A stretch of 63,742 nt of DNA, counting the filler, from Phoronis australis (taxonomy: Eukaryota > Animalia > Phoronida): the NCBI GenBank assembly GCA_002633005.1. It is 13 parts of 13 records of this genome, joined end to end, with 100 filler letters (N's around TTAATTAATTAA, not from the genome) between each part and the next. Parts side by side here need not be neighbours in the genome. Positions count along the whole stretch, not along the records: positions 17,845 to 26,375 come from NMRA01001886.1; positions 26,476 to 43,095 come from NMRA01001393.1; 11 more parts are not named here. One strand, 5' to 3'. The notes under the pieces were generated by a model that was given only the letters and a program-made list of their open reading frames with translations, had not been told where the DNA came from and did no database searches. The position numbers and the translations under genes were made by a program. Below, piece by piece: positions 24,610 through 37,259 of this stretch (position 1 is the stretch's first letter; each line of letters opens with the position of its first letter).

Positions 24610-26375
24610 TGTCAGCGATGACTATTGGAATGTGTTTATGGCAGGTTTTCATGGTTTATGACCTTAGGTATTTCCTGTACATGTTCAGTTTAAAGTTATT
24701 ATTTCTACCTCTTGACATACATTTACAGATCATCCTTCTTGCATGTTATATGTTATAACTTTATACTATCACACCAGAAGCTTTTAATACATCATACCGA
24801 ACGCAAGTATTTTCCTCTACGAACCACCTCGGGTTTTATCTTTGTACAATAAAAACCCACATCTTTTTGGTGCCGTGACTCAATGCTTCTCACTGCATTA
24901 TATTAGAAAGTAAGACACAACTGCTAGCCAGAAGACGAGGCAATTAAACCGAGCTTCATTCACGAAGAGATGTACGCAGCTACAAGAAGTCCTCTGCAAC
25001 ACTCCACTGAAAGACGTCAGCGAAGAAATTTTCAACTTGAATAATACACTCAACATGCTTTCCGACCTGTATACCGCAATCGCTCACTTCATACCGGAAA
25101 TTGATCAGGCTTCCCCCTTCAATCAGACGAAACATCGCAAGACGGACTGACGGCGATCTTGATATGTCCCTTGAGCAACTGCGCAAATTTCTCGACATAA
25201 ATTGAAATTCTGAACGTCAGTGAACCGCTCACCACGTCAGCTTACGGAAGCACCATGTGCTTCCACGCTAATGCAAGAAGTCAACCAAACCGCCAGACTA
25301 CGACTCGTCAATACCAGAGAGTATGTTTTTATTGTGATGATCGCTCACATAACTCTCATTCATGCCCTAAAGTGACCTCGTACGACAAAAAAATCGCTGC
25401 TATCAAAACGAAGAAAGCCTGCTTCAATTGTCTTGGAAAACACATGATATCAGCTTGTAAATCTCGTTTTCGTTGCCGCACCCGCAACAAAAAACATCAC
25501 ACTAGCTTGTGCTCATGAGGCAATGGACAACCCAATACCAACGACAACGAACCTGCGACAAACTAAACAACAGTGACTCATGTTTCGTCATCGTCGACTG
25601 TGCTGTTGAAGACAGCAGTAGCAGATGTAACAGCCAATGGTCGTGCAGTATCTGCCAATATACTATTTGATGAAGGATCACGGATGTCGTTTGTAACTAG
25701 AGAGCTAGCAAATCAACTCCAACTACGATCCATCTGAAAACAAAACCTAACGATTGGAACCTTCAGGGATGGTAACAACTCTTCCACTGTCCACGATATA
25801 GCTCGTCTCCATGTTAAGACACGGAAACATGATCATGTCTCCATAGAAGCAGTCATACTGCCTACGAGTACCACTCAACTACAAACTTACTTGTCAACCA
25901 TCCGTGATTATTCCACCTATGAGGTTTACAGTTGGCACACTCGTCACCACATGATGGACAAATACTCATCGCTGCTGACTGTTACTGGAAATTTGTCGGA
26001 AACCACGTATCGTGCGAGGACCAGGCCCTACTGCAGTGATCTCTATACTGGGTTATCTAATACCAGGTCTAGTGCACAGCACCCCTTCCAATCCTCAATC
26101 ATCGGCGATCATGTTTATTAGCGCAATCCATGAAACTAAAAATGAACTCGAAAAACTATGCATGGACATTGGAGACTCTCGGTATAAACGGCACAGAAGT
26201 GCTACCATGAATTTTATGACAACATCACCCTCTTGAACAGTGGCAAATATGAAGTGAAGCTGCCCTGGTAAACTCAACACGAACCTCTGCCTAGCAATTA
26301 TCACACTACTGCGAAACGGACAAAAATCGTGGTAAACAAGCTAGAGCCGGCTGTGCGTCAACAATACGCAGACTT
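24610..26375 (+). mobile_element. Decayed BEL/Pao LTR retrotransposon (5' LTR, tRNA-His PBS, gag, protease), cut by scaffold end
   Basis: LTR end AATAAAAACCCACA at 24861. PBS TGGTGCCGTGACT at 24868-24880 is complementary to the tRNA-His 3' end. Triple knuckle CFYC..H..C, CFNCLGKH..C, HHTSLC at 25255-25518. Protease VLLKTAV...ILFDEGS, then GPTAV and YEVKLPW. LTR start is approximate. Confidence 0.88.
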
Positions 26376-27659
26376 NNNNNNNNNNNNNNNNNNNNNNNNN
26401 NNNNNNNNNNNNNNNNNNNTTAATTAATTAANNNNNNNNNNNNNNNNNNNNNNNNNNNNNNNNNNNNNNNNNNNNCATGCTATGAACATTCCCACTAAAT
26501 AAAATTGGTTCTAACCCCGGTGGTTAAGGTAAACGGCGGGGTATGGAAAATTGAACTAGACCGTATTTATCCACCTTGGCTGAGTCGCACTCAGCTCACG
26601 ATCAAAGGGATGCCGCCAGGCTGCTCTAGTCATCGAGTCACGAGCGAGGATAATTGGCTTCGCTCATGCGGATATGANNNNNNNNNNNNNNNNNNNNNNN
26701 NNNNNNNNNNNNNNNNNNNNNNNNNNNNNNNNNNNNNNNNNNNNNNNNNNNNNNNNNNNNNGCTCAAACAGGTATCCCTTGTGACCCGAAATTTCACACT
26801 AAAATTTCTTATTCCGACAATATAAAAAACGCTACTTGATTGCACGCTAACACAGGACAGTGACTTTGCCCCCGCCAAATACGTCACGAGACTAAGCAGC
26901 GCTCCAAGCCGGTAATTTTTTGAGCTTCGTTAGAGAACATAAGTTTCATTTTTGGTGTTGAATTATTTGTGAAATTAATCAACAATTCATAGAAAACTAT
27001 CCAGAATTTATTCAGAATAAAATACAGTTCCCTTTTAAAGTTTCCACCATGCATTGAATTTTCATTTGGCTAATATTAAATGGATACCACTTTTAATGCC
27101 AAAGTGTAGCGAAATTTTAAATTTTGCCAAGACAAATTAATCATTTCCAACTTTCCCACCAAATGATGTAATGGGTGAAAGAGATTTGGTCACTTGTCAA
27201 TCATTTGCAATGGCAGAACAGCATACAAGGACTATTTTGAGCGAAAACTGGGCGATTATTATGCAGACAGGGAATTGAGAGGATAGCAGCATCACTCAAG
27301 TGCTTGAAGAATAAGAACTAGAATTCGATTTCCCACTTAGTGATCTTTCCCCATATGTACTCGATCCACCTGTACGAGGAATGCTGCAGACATGTACATG
27401 TATGAGCCACAACCAACTGAACCAAAGGTTAATCATTTTCCCAAAACAAACACTGACAAAGGGGACAGTAAACCTGGGTCACTGGTATTCACTATTGCCA
27501 TGATGAACCCATGGTCTAAACACAAAGCATAGGCGTACACGTGTCGTAGTAATCAATCTTGGCCGGGACCTTGGATCATTCGGAGTACTTTATAAAATTT
27601 GCAAATGCACTTGCATGGCGGAAAGTACGTCATCATATCGGCGTGTTTGTGTTGGGTCG

Positions 27660-27855
27660 AAATACTAGTATTGGGCCCGACAAAGTTTGGCTCCCAGCTG
27701 AATCGGATGCTCCACACTGACACGCAACACTTTCGTGCAGCGCACTAACCGATGTCCTTTCTGTGCAACTTTCACGTATTCAGCAAATTTGAACGCGGAG
27801 AAGTACTCAGTCAATTTGCTGTTACTACAGCCTCCACAAACGCACCTGTTTATGT
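27660..27855 (-). pseudogene. Decayed THAP domain, transposon-derived
   Basis: Minus strand reads INRCVCGGCSNSKLTEYFSAFKF...LVRCTK...AKLCRAQY, a degenerate C-x4-C...F-x-F-P...L-C-x2-H-F pattern. Confidence 0.6.
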
Positions 27856-28550
27856 CTGAAATGGCGGCTCTCCGAAGACTTTCCTGACAACGCAGCCCTA
27901 ATTATCGCTCTGGTAAAAGCAACAACGACTGGGACGGTCTTCCAGTATTACCAGTATAACCCCATTAACAGAGGGATATTTTTGTCTTGTTTCTTAGCAA
28001 CAGGTACACCAAATAGTATTAAGATGTACTGTTTTAATAATTTTTTGAAACACATGGTCTTGGTGGGAACTTTTTAACGACAAGCAGTAACATCGTCATT
28101 CACTCGACAACATAATTTCATTAGTTGTTGATATCTGTAAGAGGCATCAGTTGAAATGTATCTTATTTAAGTAAAAATATATTGATCAGTCCCGCGGGAA
28201 ACTAGGGCGCAACATCGTCACTTATATATTGGTGGATAGGCGTACCTTTTTGTTCTCTTTGTTTTTCTTCCTCATAATAAAGATAATGGTAAGACGCAAC
28301 AAAAGGAAACAATGGTGACGTCTCAAAGGCTATAACCATACTACGTGCTTACATGGATCGCGCAAGTTAAACAATAGCCTGCAAAATCCACATATCATCT
28401 GGCTTGTATATGCAATTACTTGTGGAAAATAGCAAATGCAAAAGGAAATCATACCGAATTAAGAGACTAACAAAACATAAAAACAAACCGAAAGCTCACC
28501 AAGATAAGAAATTAAACTGATTGTCTTACCACTGTATTTAAAAACAATGT

Positions 28551-30828
28551 TGTCTGAAAATAGATTGACGCAGTTTTTAGTTGTATTGTTACTCTGCGCG
28601 TGTAAGCGCAGAGTACTGTTGTTCCTGGGTTTTCTTCAATTTTGTTCTTATTCTTCTTCCGGCCAAATTTGAGCCTTAATAACTCCAAAACGGTCTTAAA
28701 ATTCAGCATATGATTTTGACAGTATATCAATTTTGATACATTATATAATCATTTTCTATATTGCACCGGAAGAGGTCGTTTGGTGCAAAGGTCATACAAT
28801 TTTCAAAATGCTACTATTTGTTTAGTTTTAAATTATCATTTTCAAAGTCGGTGCACAGGTATAAGTCATCAACACAATTTAAAAAATAATTACTTTTCTG
28901 AGTAGTCGTATCATCCAATCAGATAAATTAGGTCAAAGGTCATTAGGTGCAAACTGAAATTTTGAGCCAGACTTTTCAAATTCACAGTTCTCATTGGTAC
29001 GTCCAATTCAACTCGAGATAAAAAGTTTCAGGTCATTTAGTGCAAGCATGGGGTCATTAGGTGCATTTCTCTTCTGAAAATTTGTCCTATTTATTCATCA
29101 AGTATTCTGATGTGTGGACCGTTAGACAACAGTGATTCTTAACATTAAATACACATTTTACGGGCTTTGCAATAAATCTCCTTAAGATACTTATAATGCA
29201 CCGGATAGGGTCAATTAGTGCAAAGGTCATATAACGTTCAAAATGTTATATCTCCTACATTTTTCAAGGAATTCGTTTTAATTTCAGCACACTGGTTTAA
29301 GTCAACATGCCAATTGAACACCCTTCTTTACTACGCAATTGGCTTAACCAATCAGAAAAAATAGGTCGAAGGTCATTGAGTGCAAACTAAAATTTTGAGC
29401 TAGAGACTTCAAAATTACATATCTGCTTACCAAATGCGATTGAGTTTGACTTCTTAATTTTCAGGCCATTTGGTTTACCCACGGGGTCATTTGGTGCATT
29501 TTTCTTCTGAAAGTTTGACCAACTCATTTATCTTGTATTCTGAAGTGCTTAAAGTAAAACATGTGCGATTCTTAGCATCAACCACACTTTTAATTGAGTA
29601 TAGAATTTTTCCCTCATCGGGAGATGTCAATAAGTGGAAAGGTCATCAAAATATTAACATGTACATACAATTTCTCCTACAATTTTAAAGAATTCCTTCT
29701 CATATTGGTAAACGGGTTACTGTCAATAATTTCCCATAACAATCCCAGTAATACGCACGCGCAGAGTCCATTATTGTCACGCCGTGACAATAATGTTTCT
29801 AGTTTTGTTTTGTTATTCTGTTTGATTGGCATGACCCCTGAGTTAGGTACGGTGATGATGTAATTTGCTTACTACCTAATAGTATTTAACTTTCTAGAAG
29901 ACTGAGGTCAGCACAGTGATGATGTAATTTGTCTACTGCATTATAGTGTGTAACTTTCTATAAGACTCTACCATGACATTGATTAATGTAGCCTGAAATA
30001 TTGTAGAGACTGGTATATGTTTGGAGATTGGCTAGGTTCCAGAAAGTTCTGGCATGTGCTTGAATTGATGAAAAGTTCTAGACCAATGCATTAGGCTACA
30101 AATACACAAAGCACGAGTTTGTGTTAGTCAGTTTTAGTCAGTTAATCACACAGTTAATCAGCTGTCGGAGTTAAGCAGTAAAGTAGTTAAAGTGTTGCAG
30201 TGAAGAGAATCAGCAGTTACATCGAGAGTCAATAGAGAGCCAGCTATAGAGACAGCAGGTTATTGAATCAACGAGTGTAACAGTTGCTAGAAGTGTGTCA
30301 GAAGTTCTTTACAAGTCAACGCTGTGCAGCAATGGCTGGAGCATAGAACAGACATTACCTCGGAAGTTTTGTTTCAGTAGGCTTGTGAACGTACTGCCCA
30401 GGTTAATAAAAGATTAACTCGAACCAGTTTTCAGTCTACCGTCGCACCGAAAGGTATTAGCACGGGTCTTTAACAACCTGCGCCCACCCACAGACGGGGA
30501 AAAACGTGACAATTGGGGAGCACGCCGAGAATTTCCTGACAGTAAGGTGTGTTAAAGTGGACTGTTGGAATTAGCCATCATGGAGATAAGATCTCAGCTA
30601 AAGGAGTTGATTGCCCACGGGAAAGAAATAGGTCTGCAGGGGAAGCAACTCCAAAAGTAAGTAGCGGTCAACCACCCAGGTTCCTAGAATTAGGAGGAGT
30701 CGGTGAAGCGTGCAAATCCTGAACGCGCCTTCAAAGGAAAGCTGCGTCTGAAGGAGGGGTATGTTGGCATGAAGAAGGCCTCAGTGGTGAGAGACACAGG
30801 CTGCACAACCATTGTGGTTCGATCCAGT
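28551..30828 (+). mobile_element. Gypsy element A: 5' LTR (28551-30511, split by a HINE), degenerate PBS, deleted gag and protease start
   Basis: LTR runs TGTC...TGACA. TGGGGAGCACG at 30514 resembles a tRNA-Pro PBS. Gag start MEIRSQLKELIAHGKEIGLQG and protease VRDTGCTTIVVRS follow. A related LTR start lies at 39312. Confidence 0.75.
28589..29805 (+). mobile_element. Helentron-associated non-autonomous element (HINE/DINE-1-like)
   Basis: 5' subTIR ACTCTGCGCGTG (28591-28602), partial inverted copy GCGCAGAGT (28606-28614), TTC microsatellite and internal repeats with a period near 435 bp. 3' subTIR CACGCGCAGAGT (29756-29767) and 12-bp stem-loop CATTATTGTCAC-GCC-GTGACAATAATG (29769-29795). T-rich flanks, no TSD. 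Confidence 0.85.
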
Positions 30829-32005
30829 TGTTGTGTATTGGCAATGCTTCTTGTGGTTTTCCATAGAATATAGTCGCCTGGTATTTATGCCCACAGGCCA
30901 CGTGCTCGTCCCCTTCTTCCATAATTCTCCAAGCGAATAGTCGTATTATATTTTACTCTCATCTGTGTTGTTTTACTGGTTCTACGAATGCAACATTTTG
31001 GCGGCGAGGATAAAAATGGAAGCTCTTGCGATTAAACCAATATTCTTCATCCCACGCAGTCGGCTGGTTCCCGTTGGGAATTGTGGATTAAGCGACTTGA
31101 CAGTTACTTAGTAGCAAAGAACATTACTCAGGATCCGCTTAAGAAAACCACGCTTCTGCACTATGCGGGAAGGAAGTCTTTGTCATAAATGATTCTCTGC
31201 CTACGGAAGAAAATGAGACATACCAACAATTGAAAAAGAAACTTTCGGACCATTTTTCGCCGAAGCAGAATACAGAATATGAAGATTACCAATTCCGACA
31301 AGCCACCCAGACCACGTCGGAGACGTTAGACATGTTTTGCGCTCGGTTACTTACGCTCACGAAACATTGCGATTTCGCGGACGTTGATCAGGAGATCAAA
31401 TGGCAGATTATTCAAAAGACTACGATGGGACTCATAGAAATCACGATTAGTGTTGCGGATTTCTTAACTTATGGACGCTTGCAAGAAGCGGCAAACCAAC
31501 AAGGGTTGGCGATGGCCCCGCAAATTGTAAGTACTGTTACTACAAACCAAGTGCGTGGAAAACAGCCAGGTCCTCACAAACAGCCGTACTGTCATAATCA
31601 CAAACGTGGGAACAGTGGAAAAGCACAAAAGTGTGTTGGTTGTGGGGGACAGTGTACGGATCGCCGAAAGTGCCCAGCATGGGGAGAGACATGTCATCGC
31701 TGCGGTATTCTAAATCATTTTCAGTCCCTATGTCAATCAAAACCGACCACAAAGCCTCAACGAGGTATGGCCAAATCCACGAATTGGCTCGGAAGTGATC
31801 AATAAGATCGCTCGATTGTTTACAATAATATGTATCGCATACTGGACAGCGAGTCCGCACCCAGTGCTGATCCGCCACACATGGCCAGGTTGTTTCTATG
31901 GAACTAGACACTGGCGCCAAGTTCAGTGTGGTCAATGAAGATGTTTGGTCAAACATTTGCACAAACAACGAGCCTCTTGTAGACTCTCACGTCATACTTG
32001 TCGAC
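30829..32005 (+). mobile_element. Gypsy element B (Mag/K02A2.6-like): 167-bp LTR, PBS, gag and protease start, nested in element A
   Basis: LTR TGTTG...CAACA at 30829-30995. PBS-like TGGCGGCGAGGAT at 30999. Gag WELWIKRL...LLHYAG, HFSPKQN...FRQATQ and knuckle CPAWGETCHRCGILNHFQSLC. Protease MELDTGA near 31900. Confidence 0.88.
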
Positions 32006-32009
32006 TATT

Positions 32010-34175
32010 TAGTCGGTGGGCCAGAATTTGTAGGGCCTCTAGAAAATGTTTTTTGTGAGTAATTTTGGGGGGCAGTTTTATTTTGGTTTTTTTATTCATT
32101 TACTAGAGTGTTTTCAAAATCTAAAAAGTTCCCACGTTTAAAGTTGCACATTTTTGAGAAATTTGAGTTTGAAGTTACATAATAATTTCCAAAGAGCTTA
32201 GTAAACTTATATTTGTAAAAAACAGAGTTTTGGGATCTTTTTTTGTGAAACAAGTAATATGGTCCCATCAGTGTCATTGTGTCGAAAAATAATACACTCA
32301 AATTGCATCTCTCACTATTTTAGAGTAATTGTAAACAGTGAACTATGTCTGAATGTTACTAGAAGGTTATTCTGGCATTGTCTGGCAACAAAAATACCAC
32401 AGAACACTTGAGAATGGACAAAATGTGTGCCTTAATGACTGAACCATTGACTATAGGTGTAACATGTAATTTGTTTGCATAATATACCAGGAATATGTTA
32501 TACAGAAACAATGTAGTCGAATGATCTCTGTGAATGTGCACACAGACTGTATGTATTTAGCAAGCAGTATGAGGCAAATACATGACAATGATCAAGTAGG
32601 TATTTGCTTAGTAAAAAAACTAAACTAATAGCTCACACATTTTAAGCAAAAAACTATAACGCAATTGGAGAACCCAGTAGTCTATGTACAGTAGTTGTCT
32701 TATAATATGTCATCTTCATTATCAGCATTACAGTCCGAAGTAGCGCAGTCAGTGTTACCAATGTTATTGCAGTTGTCACAACTGCACAATTCTGTGCAGT
32801 TTAGGCCAGCATTGCGGCATGAACACAGTTTCCCCCACGCAAATGTTTTTTTCTGCACTTACAGCGTACATCATTTAGAACTGTCGACGGAGCTGTTGGC
32901 ATTGCCATCCATTTAAACTGCAAGGCTCCACCGGCAAGCAGCCAACCATGGCCGACTGGAGAGGGTGCATGCATGTATGGATGCAGAGCACGCCTGTACA
33001 CTGCACACTGGTAATTGGCCCTCATACTATGGAAAGTCAAGCAGTCCTTGTTTGGAGGCAGGCTCGATTCTGCCACATGCTTTATTCGAAATATGTTGTA
33101 GCGGGCGGTGTTAACTGATTTGTAAGTTACACCATACAATTGGCAAACGAATGGTTCAACACATTCCACAACATTTTCACCCATCTCAAATGACTGCCCA
33201 AGCTCTTCAAATAATTTTATGTACTGGGGACAGCCCAGCATAATTTTCAAAAGCTTCAACTTTCCCTTGCCCCTGAAGGCACTGACAGTGTCGCAGCCAG
33301 TAAACACATGCATTCCAAGCAGGGATTTATATTTGCTCTGGCCAAGGTGACTGTGCGATTTCACTGAGGTTGACTGTCCGTGCGTTTGGACCCACTCCAG
33401 TGGACATCAGTAGGTGGCATTCGATGTCAGCAGCATAGGCAATGCTGAGTACCATGACGTCGGGATCTGGGCATCTAAGAACAACTTTACTATGTGTCTG
33501 CGATGCATGTTTTGCATGCAGCATCATCCTTGTGTCACGTTGAAGTTCCTGCACTTCGTCCACTTTTTGGTGTCATGATGCCTGTAGATTACGTGGCACT
33601 CACTTCCATGGGATACAAACAGCTTTACATTGCCAATGCAAGTAGCCGACTGCCACTGCTCAAACAAAAACTCGAGAACAATTTCCTTGTTATTTCCATT
33701 TGATAAGAACTTCTTGTATTGCTTCGGCATTTTCTGGTCAGGGCGAGTAATGCGCATTGTATACGCACCTGCTACACATCTCCTATTACGTTCACAGTTT
33801 TTAATGCTGACATCTTGGTACCTATCTGCCACAAAGTCTATCCGTTTACTGTTGTGCAGTGAAGCGATAGACAACAGCCGCTGTAGACATTCGTGAGCAA
33901 AAGAACCAAAAGTATCAGCAGATACTTGCATGCTGTGCAGAAATGCCATTCCATCAACGATCAATGCACTCCCAGCTGTAGGTACATGTACCTCATCACA
34001 ACCACTGCACTGCAAGCCAATGCACATTTCCGGGACACTTCCGTGTTCAGTAACTCCTGTTTTTTTCTCTTGGAATACTAAGTCGATATATGATTGACAG
34101 CCTGTGTTCTTGTCAGTCACCTCAAAACATGACGATCCCATTGGTTTAGTCAACACACTGTAAAACCTTAACACT
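32010..34175 (-). mobile_element. Academ DNA transposon remnant: frameshifted C-terminal transposase region and one terminus
   Basis: Three overlapping frames carry IVDGMAFL, RIDFVADRY, SIKNCERNRR, FLSNGNNKE, DTRMMLHA, HVFTGCDTVSAFRGKGK, LPP...HSMRANYQ, PVGHGW and the Cys-rich tail GLNCTELCSCDNCNN. Terminus TAGTCGGTGGGCCAGA at 32010. Confidence 0.85.
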
Positions 34176-34299
34176 GATTGGTTCTTTTAAGAATATCCAC
34201 ACGAGTTCGACAGCATTATTGACGCGTCATCGTGTCAAAAATGACTCGTCACGTGTCAGAAAAGACCCGTCACAAGGTGACGCTAGTGGCGTTCCATAG

Positions 34300-34478
34300 A
34301 ATTGGTCGTCTACGCTAGGCGACCACTTAGCCGACCCAAGTGCCGACCACAGAGGCGACTCAGCAGACGGCTCCTAGCCGACCGTTGTTGGTCGGCTGCT
34401 GGTCGGCTAGACGACCGGTCGACGGCCGGTCATCGACCAATTTCCGACGGGTCGGACAAAAATTCGTGATGTGTGCTG
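34300..34478 (-). mobile_element. Transposon end with GCCGACC subterminal repeats; inverted relative at 42918-43095
   Basis: Both copies share the terminus CAGCACACATCACGAATTTTTG flanked by TA and many CCGACC/GGTCGG motifs. Confidence 0.7.
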
Positions 34479-36289
34479 TACATGCATGTCGTCTGCTTTC
34501 CCAATAGCAGCATAGTTATCAGACAGTTTGTGAGTGGTTCACATAGGCCCACTGAAAAAAATCTACGAAAGCATGTTTGTTTACAAATTCCAAGGAGTAC
34601 TTTTGAATGGAAAAGATTCTTAACGCTACTGGTTTAGAAAAGTACTAATTTTGTTCAAATTAAAAAATGCGCCTCTAAAACAATTTGACTAGTTTAACCT
34701 CTGCATGTTTATAATTCAACTTTGTCAAGTGAACAGTTCTTCTGGGAAGTGCTGAGTGGCCCTTAAAAGGGCCGTTGGTTGCTGTGGGCATAAGCCTGAT
34801 GTATAGCGTGAAATGGTTCTTAAAAGAACAGTTGAATAATTCAACATAAATCACACAGTATACCGTGATCACTCAAGTACTGAAGGTCTTGTTCATTTAA
34901 GTTTTCAGCAGGGAAGTTTAGATGAAAACAGAGGAGATGACAATATTGGTGACAGGTGTAACATCTTATATAAAGGTTACCGTTCTCCAACGTTATCACA
35001 AACCCTCCCCCTTTCAGTTCTTGTTCCTGGATTCAGAAGTAACCCTGAACCGTTGGGAAAAACACATACAACAAAAACTAATCAAATTTCGAAAATCATT
35101 GCCTTCGTACAATTCCGTGTTGCCAAGTATCGTGCAATTGTGAACTGTAGCAACGCTTTGTATCTTATTCTTCTTTGGCCAATCTGTTGATACAGTAAAT
35201 TTCCTTATTTATGCCCATCCTGATTTGACGGCAACTTGAGCTTGTTGGGTTCCATCATACGTGTATATTGAGTTGGCACTGGGACCCACATGGTGCTTAC
35301 TGGAATGGGCTTTATTTTGCCAACTATTTCAAATTGTGTAGATGAAGTAAATTAACAAAGTGGGTGATTATCATCACTGAGATTTCATAATTAGTATATT
35401 TTGCCGGGTGCTCAAATTTTCTTAGATTTGTAAGGTAGAAGTGTTTTGCTGGATATCCAGGTCTGTGGTGTTTTTTATACCAGACCAAAATTAAAAAACA
35501 CACCCATGTTTTAATCAGGGGCTGCATGATAAACGTTTTACAAGACGTGCGCAAGCAGTGCATTTGGGCCCATTGCAGTGTTTACTTGGAACCAATATTA
35601 TGGTTTATTAATGTATAGTTAAACCAAATTCAAACCTAATTCACGGCAATTTTTGGGAGTGGGATTTTCTGAAAAATGCTTGTAAGTTAACAGCAAAGTT
35701 TGATAGCAATGCACTGCAGTTTTGTAGAATCTCCGTCACAGGTTACAGATGCGTCACAGAGCGTAAGTTTGATGAATTCTAGCTTACGATATCACTTGTT
35801 TTGGAGACCGGACCTGCGTTCAGTAACGCTAGGACCTAGCTAAAATCTAGCCAAAGTCACGTGTTCTCTTTTAAAATACAGTTCAATATCTCAAGTAATC
35901 TCGTAAAGTCTTGCTTTTTATCGAGGTCCAAGCGATACTGAACGGGAGACGGGTTTCAACCACATTTATGCTATAATAAGCGCCCCCCTTCCTGAAGCGG
36001 ATTTTTGTAAGCACCCTGGCCGCTTATTAGAGCGAATAGGGTAATTTTTCTGAAGGGCAATACTTAATATATTTTATGCACGGTACCCTTTTGTTACATT
36101 AGGAGTGGGATTGGTTCATTACGTACCCTTCAGGTGGCATAACATATATATAATATATTAGGAACGGACAGTGTGGGTTGAGTTTTCTGTCACTTTCTTT
36201 TGTTGTGCGGATTTGGCCCACCTACGCAAGTAACCGATCTTTGGTATTTCTTTTTTGTGACCAAAATCCTTACATTTTAACACTTTCAG

Positions 36290-36637
36290 ATATTACTGGT
36301 TCTGCTTTTGGTGTGACTTCAACTGTTGCTTACAACCATTACAACAAAACGGCTACGTTCAGGATAGTTTGTACACTGAGGGATAATGATGTCATCGAAA
36401 AAGTTTTCTTCAAGTATAAAAGCGTTAATGTGTTTGAAGTCCGTCCTAAGTTAAGTGGTGGTGGAAAATTTCTTGGTTTGTATCAACGCCGCGGTTCTTC
36501 TACCTTCTCCCCTGGAAAAAAAGATTTCACCATTACTTTGTCAGACGTTACATCTGCTGATGAAGGCCAGTACACAGTTGATGTAACCGTTAAAGGTTCC
36601 TTCAAAACCTTTGCATATAGCCAGCTGATTATAGGCG
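36290..36637 (+). CDS. Immunoglobulin V-like domain exon of an unidentified surface or secreted protein
   Basis: 348-nt phase 1-1 exon between tttcag and GTAAGT, with B-strand IVC, basic residues YQRRG, FTITLSDVTSADEGQYTVDV and SQLIIG. Confidence 0.82.
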
Positions 36638-37259
36638 GTAAGTAGAGTTTATGTAACGTATCTATCTATGTCTTCAACAGAATGGGGTCTCAACTATACT
36701 ATGCAATAAAATTTCACTTTTATAGAAATTCTCTTTAAACCATTCAAAACAATCTGTCTTACCTTTACCCCCACTATCACTTGCATGTTCTCGTTGGTGG
36801 TCGCGTGCTAACTGTAGGTAAGTGAGATTTGTAACTTTATCCGCCTGCTATAATAGTTCCATCGAGTAATGGAACGATTACTGGCCACGATTTGGAACTT
36901 TCACCAAAGCCAATTCTATATCAACCGAGAAATTGCCCCAAGTCATTTTGAAAAAAAACAAACTTCCACCGTGAACATGTTGTTTGGCACGTTGTCAGAA
37001 GAACAAACGCCACACAATGATATCAATCAGCAAACCATTATTTAAATAGCAAAATTTATTGAGAGTTATTTCTTCCCTACATTTTACAATACCGGGATGC
37101 TTCAAATTTTGATCCTACACCAAACAAAGGCCAGGTGAAACAATCCAGGAGCTTACAACCCGCTTTCGGTAAGATGCTGCAAAATACAATTTTCCAGCCA
37201 TAACCAGAGATTACCATTTGGCATTAGTTAAATCCCTGTTTATTTCCAAATTGACACGT

